Assembly (NCBI GenBank): GCA_038823825.1
Contig: JAWBCC010000001.1
Location: 90,001-122,000 of the forward strand
Length of the DNA: 32,000 nucleotides
Direction of reading: 5' to 3'
DNA from: Candidatus Hadarchaeales archaeon
Lineage (GTDB): Archaea; Hadarchaeota; Hadarchaeia; Hadarchaeales; Hadarchaeaceae
In this document: piece after piece, positions 9,694 to 19,055 of the stretch
How the letters are laid out: every line of letters starts with the position of its first letter
How positions within the stretch are numbered: position 1 is the first letter of the stretch
Made by a program: the position numbers and the translations under genes
The notes under the pieces: generated by a model
The model's database searches: none
Told to the model about the DNA's origin: nothing
Seen by the model: only the letters and a program-made list of their open reading frames with translations

Positions 9694-10840
9694 CAACAAG
9701 CTTATCTATATGACTTTTCTCGACTATCAGCGGCGGAACAAATCTTAACACTTTTTCAGCTGTAACATTTATCAAGAATCCCTTTTTCAACATATCGAGC
9801 TGAATTTTCTGTGCGATTTCTTTGGATACCACTTCCATACCTATCATAAGCCCCTTTCCGCGAACTTCAACGATTTGCTTGTAGCTCTCCGCGAGCTCTA
9901 AAAGTCTTTTCATGAAATAATCTCCTGTTTTGGTTACTCTTTCGGGTAATTTCAGCTTTTTCATGGTCTTTATTGTTTCGATTGCGGCTACGCAGGCGAG
10001 CGGATTTCCACCAAAGGTCGATGCATGGTCGCCAGGCATGAACGAGTCCATCACTTCTGCGCGCGCACCCAGAGCACCTATTGGAAAGCCTGAGCCAAGA
10101 GCCTTGGCTATTGTCATCACATCCGGCGAAACCCTCCAATGTTCACATGCAAACCATTTACCGGTTCTGCACATACCGGTTTGTATCTCATCAAGAACAA
10201 GGAGCACATTTCGCTCATCGCATAACTTTCTGAGACCCGGTAAGAAATCATCTGGAGGGACCCTGACACCTCCCTCTCCTTGAATCGGTTCGGTTAGCAC
10301 TGCAGCAACTTGGTCGTTCATTGCTCTTTCAACCGCTTGCAAATCTCCAAAAGGCACGAATTCGAAAACTTTTGGAATTATCGCCTCGTAAGGTTTTCGA
10401 TATTCGATTTTCCAAGTAGCTCCAACTATTAGGGCTGTACGTCCATGAAAGGACCCCTCCATGACGATTATCTTGCTTCTTTTTGTATGTTTTATCGCGA
10501 GTTTTAGGGCTCCTTCATTTGCTTCGGCTCCAGAATTGCAGAAGAAGAATTTTTCTATACCGTTTGGACAGATTTGAGCGAGAAGTCTGGCAAGATTTGC
10601 CTGTTCATGTGTGTAATAGAGGTTAGATGCATGCATTAATTTTCCAAGTTGTTTGCGTAAGACCTTTACCACACTTGTTGGGCAATGACCTAGAGAGCAG
10701 ACTGCGATACCTCCGACGAAGTCGATATATCTTCGTCCTTTCTCGTCGAAGACATACATTCCCTTTCCTTTTGTGAGAATTATCGGTATCTTATTGTAAG
10801 TGTTTGCGACATGTCTAGCATATACCTCCAGCGTTCTCAA
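9665..10840 (-). CDS. argD: acetylornithine aminotransferase (class III PLP aminotransferase)
   Basis: FFCNSGAEANEGALKLA, LDEIQTGMCRTGKWFA, IAKALGSGFPIGA, HASTFGGNPLACVAA; lies between argB and argF. Confidence 0.92.
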   Translation of the reverse strand: MRTLEVYARHVANTYNKIPIILTKGKGMYVFDEKGRRYIDFVGGIAVCSLGHCPTSVVKVLRKQLGKLMHASNLYYTHEQANLARLLAQICPNGIEKFFFCNSGAEANEGALKLAIKHTKRSKIIVMEGSFHGRTALIVGATWKIEYRKPYEAIIPKVFEFVPFGDLQAVERAMNDQVAAVLTEPIQGEGGVRVPPDDFLPGLRKLCDERNVLLVLDEIQTGMCRTGKWFACEHWRVSPDVMTIAKALGSGFPIGALGARAEVMDSFMPGDHASTFGGNPLACVAAIETIKTMKKLKLPERVTKTGDYFMKRLLELAESYKQIVEVRGKGLMIGMEVVSKEIAQKIQLDMLKKGFLINVTAEKVLRFVPPLIVEKSHIDKLVDALDQLLGG

Positions 10841-10842
10841 TA

Positions 10843-11763
10843 TTATCCCCCAACGATCATCGTTCCTACTCCTTTGTCAGTAAGAATTTCGAGTAAGATC
10901 GAATGTTGAATCAGACCACTCAATATGTGGCAGCGTTCGACTCCTCCCTGAATAGCTTTTATGCATGCCTCGAGCTTCGGTATCATTCCTTTCTTTACCA
11001 CACCATCTTTGATGAGTTTTTGCGCTTCCTCAACAGTCAGCACCGAAATGAGAGAAGTTTCATCGTTTGGATTTCTAAGAACGCCAGTTACGTCTGTGAG
11101 AAGAATCAGTTTTTTGGCTTTTAGGCTGATAGCAAGTTCTGCCGCAACAGTATCCGCATTAAGATTTAAGCTTCTCCCTTCGGAATCGACACCGATCGGT
11201 GCTATGACTGGGATTTTTCCTGCTCTGAGCAAGCTGCGTATGAGCTCGGTATCAATTTTTTCAACCTCTCCAACCAGTCCCAAATCTATTTCAATTTCCT
11301 TGCCCTTACTCGTTGTGGTCTTGTATATGAGTTTTTTTGCTTTTATGAGAGCGCCATCCATTCCTGTTATCCCAACGGCTAGACCGATCGGATATTCCTC
11401 TTTTCTTCTCTGCCGAGTTTCAAACCAGATCTTGTTGATTCCCAGGACGATCTGTTTGTTGAGCTTACCTGCCAGTTGTTCATAAAGGATTTCCATCGTT
11501 TGTTCGTCAGTAACCCTGAGTCCCTCGACAAATTTTGGTTTTATCCCCGCTTTGCGCATTTCCTCGCTGATTTCGTGTCCTCCTCCATGAACTAGAACGA
11601 TTTTCATCCCTAGCAGGTGTAGAAGTACAACATCTTGTAGCACATGCTGTAAGAGCTTTTCAGATTCCAAAATCTTTCCGCCAAGTTTTATGATTATTAT
11701 CTCTCCATGAAATTCTTGAATGTAAGGTAGAGCCTCCAGTAAAGCTTGAGCCTTCTCCTGCAT
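10843..11763 (-). CDS. argB: acetylglutamate kinase
   Basis: IIIKLGGKILE, KIVLVHGGGHEISEEM, LNADTVAAELAISLKAKKLILLTDVTGVL, GGMIPKLEA-like GMIPKLEACI. Confidence 0.95.
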   Translation of the reverse strand: MQEKAQALLEALPYIQEFHGEIIIIKLGGKILESEKLLQHVLQDVVLLHLLGMKIVLVHGGGHEISEEMRKAGIKPKFVEGLRVTDEQTMEILYEQLAGKLNKQIVLGINKIWFETRQRRKEEYPIGLAVGITGMDGALIKAKKLIYKTTTSKGKEIEIDLGLVGEVEKIDTELIRSLLRAGKIPVIAPIGVDSEGRSLNLNADTVAAELAISLKAKKLILLTDVTGVLRNPNDETSLISVLTVEEAQKLIKDGVVKKGMIPKLEACIKAIQGGVERCHILSGLIQHSILLEILTDKGVGTMIVGG

Positions 11764-11794
11764 CCTATAGACATCTTCATCTACATATTAAAAA

Positions 11795-12970
11795 TCAAGC
11801 TTGATGTCGAATTCCGCATATTTCTCTAATCTTGTTGGCTATTGCATCACCTACTTCTGAGGTTGAAGAAGAACCGCCCAGATCTTTTGTCCTTACTTTT
11901 CCTTCCCTAAGCACTTCTGCAACGGCTTTCTCTAGAACCTCTGCAGCTTTCGTTTCTCCCAGCTGCTCAAGCATTAGGTGTCCAGCAAGTATTGTAGCTA
12001 TTGGGTTAGCCACATTCTTCCCGGCATACTTCGGTGCCGACCCATGGATCGGTTCAAACATACTGATGCCCTCCGGGTTTATGTTTCCTCCTGGTGCGAG
12101 ACCCATTCCTCCCTGGATCATCGCTCCGAGGTCGGTTATGATGTCTCCGAACATATTCGGTGTCACAACAACCTGATACCATTCAGGATTTTTAACAAAC
12201 CACATGCTTATTGCATCGACGAAGGCATGCTCAGTCTCTATGTCGGGATATTCTTTTGCTATTTTTTCAAAAACTTCCCTCCAAAGCGAATATACATGCG
12301 TTAAAACGTTTGCTTTATCTACGTTGGTAACTCTTTTCTTTCCCTTTCTATGTGCGAGTTCGAATGCATATCTGATTACGCGTTCCGCACCTTTTCTGCT
12401 TATTACGCCGATTTGATATGCGATTTCGTCGCCATCAACCTCCAAGTCAAGCCCAAATTTTATCGAATAAATCGAACGTTTGATCTCATGCTCTGTTCTT
12501 CTCTTTTCTCGGATTCTTCCGCCAATTCCAACGTAAAAATCCTCGGTATTTTCTCTCACGATATAGAAGTTCACGTCTTCGGGTTTCTTTCCGACCAGCG
12601 GGCACGGTACCCCCGGATAAAGCTTAACCGGCCGTAGATTGACGAATTGCTCAAAGTAAAAACGTATTTTCAGCAAAATTCCTTGTTCGAGTATGCCGGG
12701 TGGAACTCGCGGATCTCCCAAGGCACCCAAATATATCGCGTCAAATTTCGAGAGTTCTTTCAGACCTTCTTCTGAAATCGTTTCTCCAGTTTTAAGATAA
12801 TGGTCCGCACCATACGGAAAGTAAACGAATTCTAGCTTGACCTCCGGCATACAGTCTTGCAAGGTTTGGAGAACTTTTACTCCTTCACGTATCACTTCTG
12901 GACCTATTCCATCTCCGGGGATTACGGCGATTTTGTATGCCACGGAATCACAATTTTGATGAATATTCAT
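11795..12970 (-). CDS. isopropylmalate/tartrate/D-malate dehydrogenase-family beta-decarboxylating dehydrogenase
   Basis: [13 protein letters not shown]; [31 protein letters not shown]; [17 protein letters not shown]; [20 protein letters not shown]. Confidence 0.88.
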   Translation of the reverse strand: MNIHQNCDSVAYKIAVIPGDGIGPEVIREGVKVLQTLQDCMPEVKLEFVYFPYGADHYLKTGETISEEGLKELSKFDAIYLGALGDPRVPPGILEQGILLKIRFYFEQFVNLRPVKLYPGVPCPLVGKKPEDVNFYIVRENTEDFYVGIGGRIREKRRTEHEIKRSIYSIKFGLDLEVDGDEIAYQIGVISRKGAERVIRYAFELAHRKGKKRVTNVDKANVLTHVYSLWREVFEKIAKEYPDIETEHAFVDAISMWFVKNPEWYQVVVTPNMFGDIITDLGAMIQGGMGLAPGGNINPEGISMFEPIHGSAPKYAGKNVANPIATILAGHLMLEQLGETKAAEVLEKAVAEVLREGKVRTKDLGGSSSTSEVGDAIANKIREICGIRHQA

Positions 12971-12983
12971 TAAGATAAAAGCA

Positions 12984-14081
12984 TCACGTTCTTTCCCTGA
13001 TCTCTCTGATTATGGCATCAGTCATTTTTTTGGTTCCTACAGCGGTGGGATCATCTGGTGTAGGCTTTAGGTCATATGTGACATATTTGCCTTCGCTGAT
13101 AACCTTTGCAACGGCATTCCGTATTATATCGGCTTTTTCTTTCTCTCCCAGATGTTCTAGCATCATTGCCGCCGAAAGTATGGCCGCTGTTGGATTCACT
13201 TTGTCTTTTCCGGCGTACTTTGGTGCAGAACCGTGTGTAGGCTCGAAAACCGCATATTTGTCCCCTATATTTGCGCTGGGCGCCATTCCAAGTCCACCGA
13301 TCAATCCTGCACACAAATCGGATAAAATGTCGCCATAAAGGTTCGGCGCAACTATTACATCATAGAGCTGGGGCTTTTGAACAAGTTGCATGCACATGTT
13401 GTCAACTATTCTATCTTCAAACTCTATGTCCGGAAAACCACATGCTATCTCTCTTGCGATAGTCAAGAAAAGTCCATCTGAAAATTTTAGAATATTTGCC
13501 TTGTGAACAGCCGTTACCTTTTTCCTACCGGTTTTCCGAGCATATTCGAAGGCGAATTTCACAATACGCGCCGAGCAAAACCGAGAGATAGTTTTCAGTG
13601 ATATCCCTGAATCTTCTCTTATATCAACTCCAAACTTCTCTTTAAGTGTTCTCAAAAATTCGAGAGCCTCAGCTGTTCCCTCTTGGAATTCTACGCCCGC
13701 GTAGAGGTCTTCAGTGTTTTCTCTAATGACTACCAGATCCACATCTTTGAAGGGAGACCTAACGCCGGGGTAGAGCTTGCACGGTCTCACGCAGGCATAA
13801 AGATCTAAAGCCTTCCTGATCGCAACGTTTACACTCCTAAAGCCTTCGCCCACGGGTGTAGTTATTGGACCTTTAAGCGCAACGCGATTTCTTTTTATTG
13901 ATTCCAAAACTTCATCCGGCAGCGGGGTTCCCATTTTCTCAGCAATCTCAGCTCCCGCATACACGACTTCCCATTCGACGTCCAGTCCAGTTGCCTCAAC
14001 GCACCTTCTGGCAGCGTCAATAACTTCAGGACCTACACCGTCGCCTGGTATGAGGGTAATTCGGTACATGTTGGCCTTCAC
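12984..14081 (-). CDS. isocitrate dehydrogenase-type beta-decarboxylating dehydrogenase
   Basis: [13 protein letters not shown]; [27 protein letters not shown] (S-x-N-x3-R substrate segment); [12 protein letters not shown]; [18 protein letters not shown]. Start is GTG 14081 (overlapping upstream TGA) or ATG 14069. Confidence 0.87.
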   Translation of the reverse strand: MKANMYRITLIPGDGVGPEVIDAARRCVEATGLDVEWEVVYAGAEIAEKMGTPLPDEVLESIKRNRVALKGPITTPVGEGFRSVNVAIRKALDLYACVRPCKLYPGVRSPFKDVDLVVIRENTEDLYAGVEFQEGTAEALEFLRTLKEKFGVDIREDSGISLKTISRFCSARIVKFAFEYARKTGRKKVTAVHKANILKFSDGLFLTIAREIACGFPDIEFEDRIVDNMCMQLVQKPQLYDVIVAPNLYGDILSDLCAGLIGGLGMAPSANIGDKYAVFEPTHGSAPKYAGKDKVNPTAAILSAAMMLEHLGEKEKADIIRNAVAKVISEGKYVTYDLKPTPDDPTAVGTKKMTDAIIREIRERT

Positions 14082-15391
14082 TCTACAGGAAAACCGACTT
14101 TGTGTGCAAGCATTCTAAATTCCTCGTCCTTGAGCGGGAACCTACGTCTACCTTCCACGAATTTCTTTCTAATTATCTCCACGAGTTGAGCTAACCTTGG
14201 GTCGTTGTCGTCCACGGTCTGTTTCAGTATCTGTTCAAGCTTGAGTTTTATCCCATGCTTTCCAGATCTTCTTCCTATAACGATTGTTCTCTCTTGACCG
14301 ACAAGTTCAGGCGGGAAAATCTCATACGTCAGTGGCATGATTCTTATGCCATGAAGATGTATACCAGACTCATGTGCAAAGGCGGCATCCCCCACCATGG
14401 CCTTGTTGATCGGTAAATTGAATCCTATTGCGGAAGATAGGAAAAGTGCAAGGTCTCTGAACAATGTGGTGTTCCATTTCTTGATACCATAGTGCATGTA
14501 ACAGTTCATTATTACTTTTTCAGTTTCTGCATTTCCAGATCTTTCTCCCACGCCCAAAAATGTCGTACTGGCATAAATCTTATCATAAATGCCCGACGCG
14601 GCTCTTATGGCAGCCATTGTATTCTCGACAGCATTTCCAAGGTCATCGTGTGCGTGAATTTCGACATACTTTATTTTCGTTTCTTCCTTGATTTTTCTGA
14701 TCTTTGCCGGTATACCTTGAGGTAGCGGTGCTTCCGGGTCGGAAAATCCACATCCTACAGTATCGCAGATTCTATATACCATAGCCCCAGCATCCGCTAC
14801 AGCGTTTATGAAGATTTTTTCGAATTCCCAATCTGCTCGTGTGCTATCTTCACCATGTACAAAAATTGTTAGTCCATGGTCGTGCGCATACTCGACCGCC
14901 TTTACAACTCTCTCAACTAGAGTTGCTAGCGGTGTTTCCGACCACTTCTCGAAGTGCAAGTATGAAACCGGATGTGAAATTCCAATCTGTTTTAAATCCA
15001 TTTTTAGGGCAATGTCGATATCCGCAGGATCAGCTCGACACCATCCAGCGAGCATATCTCCGAGTCCCTCGTCTTTCATGAGTTTAATCCCCTCTTGATC
15101 CGGCTTGTTATACATCATCACCTCTATTCTTTCCACACCGATGTCTCTAAGCATGCACGCGATCCGGCAAGCGTCAGCTGGATGCGGGCTAAGAAGACCA
15201 GCCATCTGAACTCCCTCACGCAAAGTGGAATCATCTATTATGACATCAGTTTTGAGCGGAAGCGTTGTGTAAATCTCTTCTTTTATTTTTCCCCATGCCT
15301 TAAGGTTGAACTCTAACGAGGAAAGTCCCTTTACTTTATTCACAATCTCTCTTCTCTTTTTCTCGAGCAGTTCGAAATCCAAGTTTTTCAT
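14078..15391 (-). CDS. HMGL-like acyltransferase of the homocitrate/isopropylmalate/citramalate synthase family; substrate undetermined
   Basis: [15 protein letters not shown] and [20 protein letters not shown] signatures; 437 aa, no C-terminal LeuA-type regulatory domain apparent. Confidence 0.88.
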   Translation of the reverse strand: MKNLDFELLEKKRREIVNKVKGLSSLEFNLKAWGKIKEEIYTTLPLKTDVIIDDSTLREGVQMAGLLSPHPADACRIACMLRDIGVERIEVMMYNKPDQEGIKLMKDEGLGDMLAGWCRADPADIDIALKMDLKQIGISHPVSYLHFEKWSETPLATLVERVVKAVEYAHDHGLTIFVHGEDSTRADWEFEKIFINAVADAGAMVYRICDTVGCGFSDPEAPLPQGIPAKIRKIKEETKIKYVEIHAHDDLGNAVENTMAAIRAASGIYDKIYASTTFLGVGERSGNAETEKVIMNCYMHYGIKKWNTTLFRDLALFLSSAIGFNLPINKAMVGDAAFAHESGIHLHGIRIMPLTYEIFPPELVGQERTIVIGRRSGKHGIKLKLEQILKQTVDDNDPRLAQLVEIIRKKFVEGRRRFPLKDEEFRMLAHKVGFPVE

Positions 15392-15404
15392 TTCTTGATC
15401 CCCC

Positions 15405-15890
15405 TTACTTTTTCAGAGTTTTCTTTAAATAATTTATCAAGCCACCCTCTTTAAGGATTTCCAACACTAAGTTGGGGAGTGGTTGTACTTTCAGCACTTT
15501 ATTCGTTCTCAGATTTTTGATCCATCCTTCGCTCATGTTTATTTCTACTTCGTCTCCGTTTTGGAACTCATTTTTGATACCTGGAGACGTAAGAACAGGA
15601 AGGCCCTGATTGATCGCATTTCTATAAAATATTCTGGCAAAAGATTCCGCCACAACCGCTGAGACGCCGGCCGCCTTCAGCGCAATCGGTGCCTGCTCTC
15701 TACTTGATCCACATCCGAAGTTTTTACCTGCGATTATCACATCTCCCGGCTTAACTCTTTTCGAAAAATCAGGGTCTATGTTTTCCATAGCGTGTTTTCC
15801 CCACTCAGTCCAGTCGTGCTTGGCGAGATATCTCCCCGCGATTATATCGTCCGTACTTATGTGATCTCCATAGACCCATGCTCTAGGCAT
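15405..15890 (-). CDS. LeuD/HacB/aconitase-type isomerase small subunit
   Basis: 161 aa; WVYGDHISTDDIIAGRYLAKHD, VIIAGKNFGCGSSREQAPIALKAAGVSAVVAESFARIFYRNAINQGLP. Confidence 0.92.
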   Translation of the reverse strand: MPRAWVYGDHISTDDIIAGRYLAKHDWTEWGKHAMENIDPDFSKRVKPGDVIIAGKNFGCGSSREQAPIALKAAGVSAVVAESFARIFYRNAINQGLPVLTSPGIKNEFQNGDEVEINMSEGWIKNLRTNKVLKVQPLPNLVLEILKEGGLINYLKKTLKK

Positions 15891-17145
15891 AGAAATCCCT
15901 CGGGTCGGTTATTTTACCGGTTATTGCAGAAGCAGCAACTGTCGCCGGTGATGCCAAATACACTTTTGAATCTGGACTGCCTTGCCTCCCTTTGAAGTTT
16001 CTGTTTGACGCCGATATGCTTACCTCCCCCGGACCTAAAACACCTATGTGACATCCCATGCATGCTCCGCATCCCGGTGACTCGACAAGAGCACCGGCGT
16101 TTACCAAGATTTTCAAGATACCGGAATCAAGAGCTTCACGATAAACTTCTGCTGAAGCCGGTACTACTATAAGTCTAACTTTTTTGCTGACTTTTTTACC
16201 CTTGAGAATCTTAGCAGCGATTTTTAAATCTTCCAATCTTCCGTTTGTGCATGTTCCTATGAAGGCTTGGTCTATTTCTTCTCCTTCTACTTCGCGAACA
16301 CTTTTGATGTTGTCTACAGAGTGTGGACAGGCAACTTGAGGTTCCAGTTTGTTTGCATCGTACTCTTTCGTTGTTTTGTACTCAGCGTCAGCGTCGCTCT
16401 TTATTATCTCGAATTTTTCTTTGGCTCTACCTTTGAGCCATTGCAGGGTCTTCGCATCGGGTTCAATTATTCCGTTTTTTGCTCCCATCTCAACAACCAT
16501 ATTACACAACGTTAGCCTGCCATCTATACTCATTTTCGATATGCATTCACCGGTGAACTCTACCGCCTGGTATGTGGCACCATCCATCCCAAAATCTCCA
16601 ATTATGTGTAGAATCAGGTCTTTCGACATCACTGGTGGTTTTAGAACTCCGCGAGCAATGATCTTTATTGATTCCGGTACCTTGAACCAAAGTCTTCCTG
16701 TTGCCAAAATTGCAGCCATGTCGGTAGACCCTACTCCAGTCGCGAAACATCCCAGCGCACCATACGTTACAGTGTGGGAATCTGCTCCAATCACAACTTT
16801 CCCGGGTAAGGCAAAACCCTTCTCAGGTAACACTTGATGACAAATCCCTTCAAACATGTCATAGAAATGGACGATCTTATGCTTGTTGGCGAATTCTCTG
16901 AGGAGTATATGGTTCTTTGCGGCATCTATTGAGCTAGCAGGAGTCTGATGATCAAAGGTTATCACGATTCTGGATGGATCCCACACTTTTTTTACTCCGA
17001 TTTTTTCGAAGCTTTCAACGGTGAGAGGACCCGTGAGGTCGTGCATCATCGCAAAATCTACCTTTGCATCAATGATTTCTCCAGGTGTCACTTCTTTCTT
17101 GCCAGCCGCTTTCGCAAGTATCTTCTCAGTAATTGTCATTGCCAT
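15883..17145 (-). CDS. LeuC/HacA/aconitase-type isomerase large subunit
   Basis: 420 aa; DHQTPA, IGADSHTVTYGALGCFATGVGSTDMAA, FIGTCTNGRLEDL, GCGACMGCHIGVLGPGE, SNRNFKGRQG. Confidence 0.94.
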   Translation of the reverse strand: MAMTITEKILAKAAGKKEVTPGEIIDAKVDFAMMHDLTGPLTVESFEKIGVKKVWDPSRIVITFDHQTPASSIDAAKNHILLREFANKHKIVHFYDMFEGICHQVLPEKGFALPGKVVIGADSHTVTYGALGCFATGVGSTDMAAILATGRLWFKVPESIKIIARGVLKPPVMSKDLILHIIGDFGMDGATYQAVEFTGECISKMSIDGRLTLCNMVVEMGAKNGIIEPDAKTLQWLKGRAKEKFEIIKSDADAEYKTTKEYDANKLEPQVACPHSVDNIKSVREVEGEEIDQAFIGTCTNGRLEDLKIAAKILKGKKVSKKVRLIVVPASAEVYREALDSGILKILVNAGALVESPGCGACMGCHIGVLGPGEVSISASNRNFKGRQGSPDSKVYLASPATVAASAITGKITDPRDFYA

Positions 17146-17174
17146 GTTTGTCCTATTTTTTTACGCCCGGATCA

Positions 17175-17183
17175 ATATATAAG
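17175..17183 (-). promoter_or_regulatory. putative TATA box for the isomerase-argF transcription unit
   Basis: CTTATATAT on minus strand ~30 nt upstream of ATG at 17145, inside a 207 bp gap after dapB. Confidence 0.45.
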
Positions 17184-17235
17184 AGTTTTCTAAACCGTCA
17201 AAAAGGAAAAAAGAACTGCTATCGAATTTCATTTG

Positions 17236-17322
17236 ATGCCACGGAGAAAGTACGGGCGCATGATTAAACCACTTCCGCAGCCGCCACCTCCGGAGAAGTG
17301 CAGATTCTGCAAAAAAGGCATA
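17236..17322 (+). CDS. possible 28-aa proline-rich CxxC microprotein
   Basis: ATG...TAA: MPRRKYGRMIKPLPQPPPPEKCRFCKKA; sits in the 207 bp gap between dapB and the isomerase gene. Single short ORF, no clear RBS. Confidence 0.25.
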
Positions 17323-17352
17323 AACTGTCCATATCACGGACAAAAAAGATCT

Positions 17353-18162
17353 TCATCTCAGTCCTAACACATCCCACATATCGCAGATTTTTCCCATTTT
17401 TCTGTGTTTATATGCAAATCTCACAGCTCTCAAAACTCCGGCAGCAAAGGTTTCTCTTCCATGTGCTTTGTGGGTTATTTCTAATCTCTCTCCTTGACCA
17501 GCGAATATCACCGTGTGTTCTCCGGTCACATCTCCGATTCGTAGCGAGTGAATGTAAATTCCTTCTCTTTTTTCCTCAGAGGTTCTTCCAACTATGATCC
17601 TCAAACCACCCATCTCTTTTGAAAGGATCTCTGCGATGCGTAGCGCAGTTCCGCTGGGCGCATCACGTTTTTCTTTATGATGTATCTCTATGATTTCCAC
17701 CGAATATTCTTTACCCAAAAGTTTCGCTGCTTCTTTTACCAGTTCGAAAAGAACGTTCATACCAACCGACATATTGGGAGACAAAACTGCAGTTACTCCG
17801 GATTCCTTCACAGCATTTTCGATTTCCTCCAACTGCTCTTTCGTGAACCCCGTGGTCCCCACAACTATCTGCACACCATGTTTTGCAGCGATTTTCACAT
17901 TTTTAACCGCAGCATGAGCCACTGTGAAATCAACTAGGACATCCGGTTTAGTCTTTTTTATTACTCTTTCAAGCTTCTGAGTTCCAACTATTTGAACCCC
18001 AAGACTCTTGGTTCCGGCAACGAGGCCAGCGTCACTTCCAACTGCTGGATTATCCGGTGCTTCAATGGCTCCTACTAGTCTGACGTCATCACTTTTCACA
18101 AGCTCTCTTATTATCGCTCGACCCATTTTTCCGGCAGCTCCGCATAAAACAACCTTTATCAT
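17353..18162 (-). CDS. dapB: 4-hydroxy-tetrahydrodipicolinate reductase
   Basis: VVLCGAAGKMGRAII, VGTTGF, IEIHHKEKRDAPSGTALRIAE; ATGA overlap with dapA. Confidence 0.95.
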   Translation of the reverse strand: MIKVVLCGAAGKMGRAIIRELVKSDDVRLVGAIEAPDNPAVGSDAGLVAGTKSLGVQIVGTQKLERVIKKTKPDVLVDFTVAHAAVKNVKIAAKHGVQIVVGTTGFTKEQLEEIENAVKESGVTAVLSPNMSVGMNVLFELVKEAAKLLGKEYSVEIIEIHHKEKRDAPSGTALRIAEILSKEMGGLRIIVGRTSEEKREGIYIHSLRIGDVTGEHTVIFAGQGERLEITHKAHGRETFAAGVLRAVRFAYKHRKMGKICDMWDVLGLR

Positions 18163-19055
18163 CGGTTCTCACTCACAAGTATGCCTGTTTCAATGAGTAT
18201 CAGCTTCAATTTCTTTTGATTCTCTGGTTCCATTTCAACAAGAGGTAATCTAACTCCACCAGCTGGCATTCCCAACCATCTCATCGCTGTTTTGATCGGA
18301 ACGGGATTTGTTTCTATGAAAAGGCCCTTGAAAAGCGGAAGAAGTCTCTTGTGAATTTCTTCGGCTTTTTTCCAATCTCCCTTTCGCGCGGATTCGACTA
18401 GCTCGACTATTTCACTCGGAATTATGTTCGATGCCACAGAAATCACACCTACTCCCCCCAGTTTCATGATTTCGAGAGTATCTGAGTCATTGCCAGAGGT
18501 CACGATAAAATCTTCTCTATCAACTAGCTCAATTATTCTTTTCACCTGTTGCATATCTCCGCTTGCTTCTTTTATCCCAACTATGTTTTTCAGCTTCGCC
18601 AGTTTTGCTACAGTCTCGGGTTGCATGTTTACACCAGTCCTAGAGGGAATGTTATAAATGACGATAGGAATGTCCACCTCCTCAGAGATTTTCTTATAAT
18701 GGGCATAGAGTCCAGCTTGTGTAGGTTTGTTGTAGTATGGCACAACTATGAGCGCACCGTCTGCACCAACTTCCTTCGCTCTCCTCGTCAACATTATCGC
18801 CTCCCACGTTGAGTTACTGCCGGTTCCAGCCAAAACTGGAACCCTTCCCTTGGCCGCGTCCACCACGATTTCTATCACTCGTATATGTTCATCGTAGGAT
18901 AGAGTGGAACATTCTCCAGTGGTTCCAACTGGAACCAATCCATTTATTCCGTTTTTAATCTGAAACTCGACGTTTTTTCTCAACCCCTCTTCGTCTATTT
19001 CCCCATTTTCGTCGAAAGGAGTTATCATCGCCGTAAGTGCACCCTCGAACATCAA
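18159..19055 (-). CDS. dapA: 4-hydroxy-tetrahydrodipicolinate synthase
   Basis: ALTAMITPF, LVPVGTTGECSTLS, PYYNKPTQAGLYAHY, IVIYNIPSRTG, VGIKEASGD. Confidence 0.95.
   Translation of the reverse strand: MMFEGALTAMITPFDENGEIDEEGLRKNVEFQIKNGINGLVPVGTTGECSTLSYDEHIRVIEIVVDAAKGRVPVLAGTGSNSTWEAIMLTRRAKEVGADGALIVVPYYNKPTQAGLYAHYKKISEEVDIPIVIYNIPSRTGVNMQPETVAKLAKLKNIVGIKEASGDMQQVKRIIELVDREDFIVTSGNDSDTLEIMKLGGVGVISVASNIIPSEIVELVESARKGDWKKAEEIHKRLLPLFKGLFIETNPVPIKTAMRWLGMPAGGVRLPLVEMEPENQKKLKLILIETGILVSENR

Noticed and set aside
9401-9748. ORFs antisense to argF, and similar shadows at 10961-11485, 16349-16837, 19620-20114, 21862-22134 and 5527-6027
   Set aside because: Opposite-strand shadow frames over strongly supported conserved enzymes, with no protein-family signal of their own.
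14078-15391. Assignment as a bona fide clostridial-type Re-citrate synthase
   Set aside because: The recalled DTTFRDGQQ(A/S)RPPYT motif is absent. Kept as a hypothesis from context only, not as an annotation.
8140-17145. LysW-dependent lysine/arginine (AAA) pathway
   Set aside because: No LysW-like acidic carrier (EDWGE terminus) or LysX is seen. argJ, argC and argB look like acetyl-pathway enzymes, and lysine genes are of the DAP type.
17325-17341. TGTCC-ATATCAC-GGACA as a strong intrinsic terminator for dapB
   Set aside because: The stem is only 5 bp, and on the minus strand the poly-T precedes rather than follows it, so it is noted as a minor structure only.
17161-17343. 60-aa minus-strand ORF (MSVIWTVYAFFAESALLRRW...) in the dapB/isomerase gap
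   Set aside because: No recognisable features, and it runs into the putative promoter. The opposite-strand 28-aa ORF is only marginally better supported.
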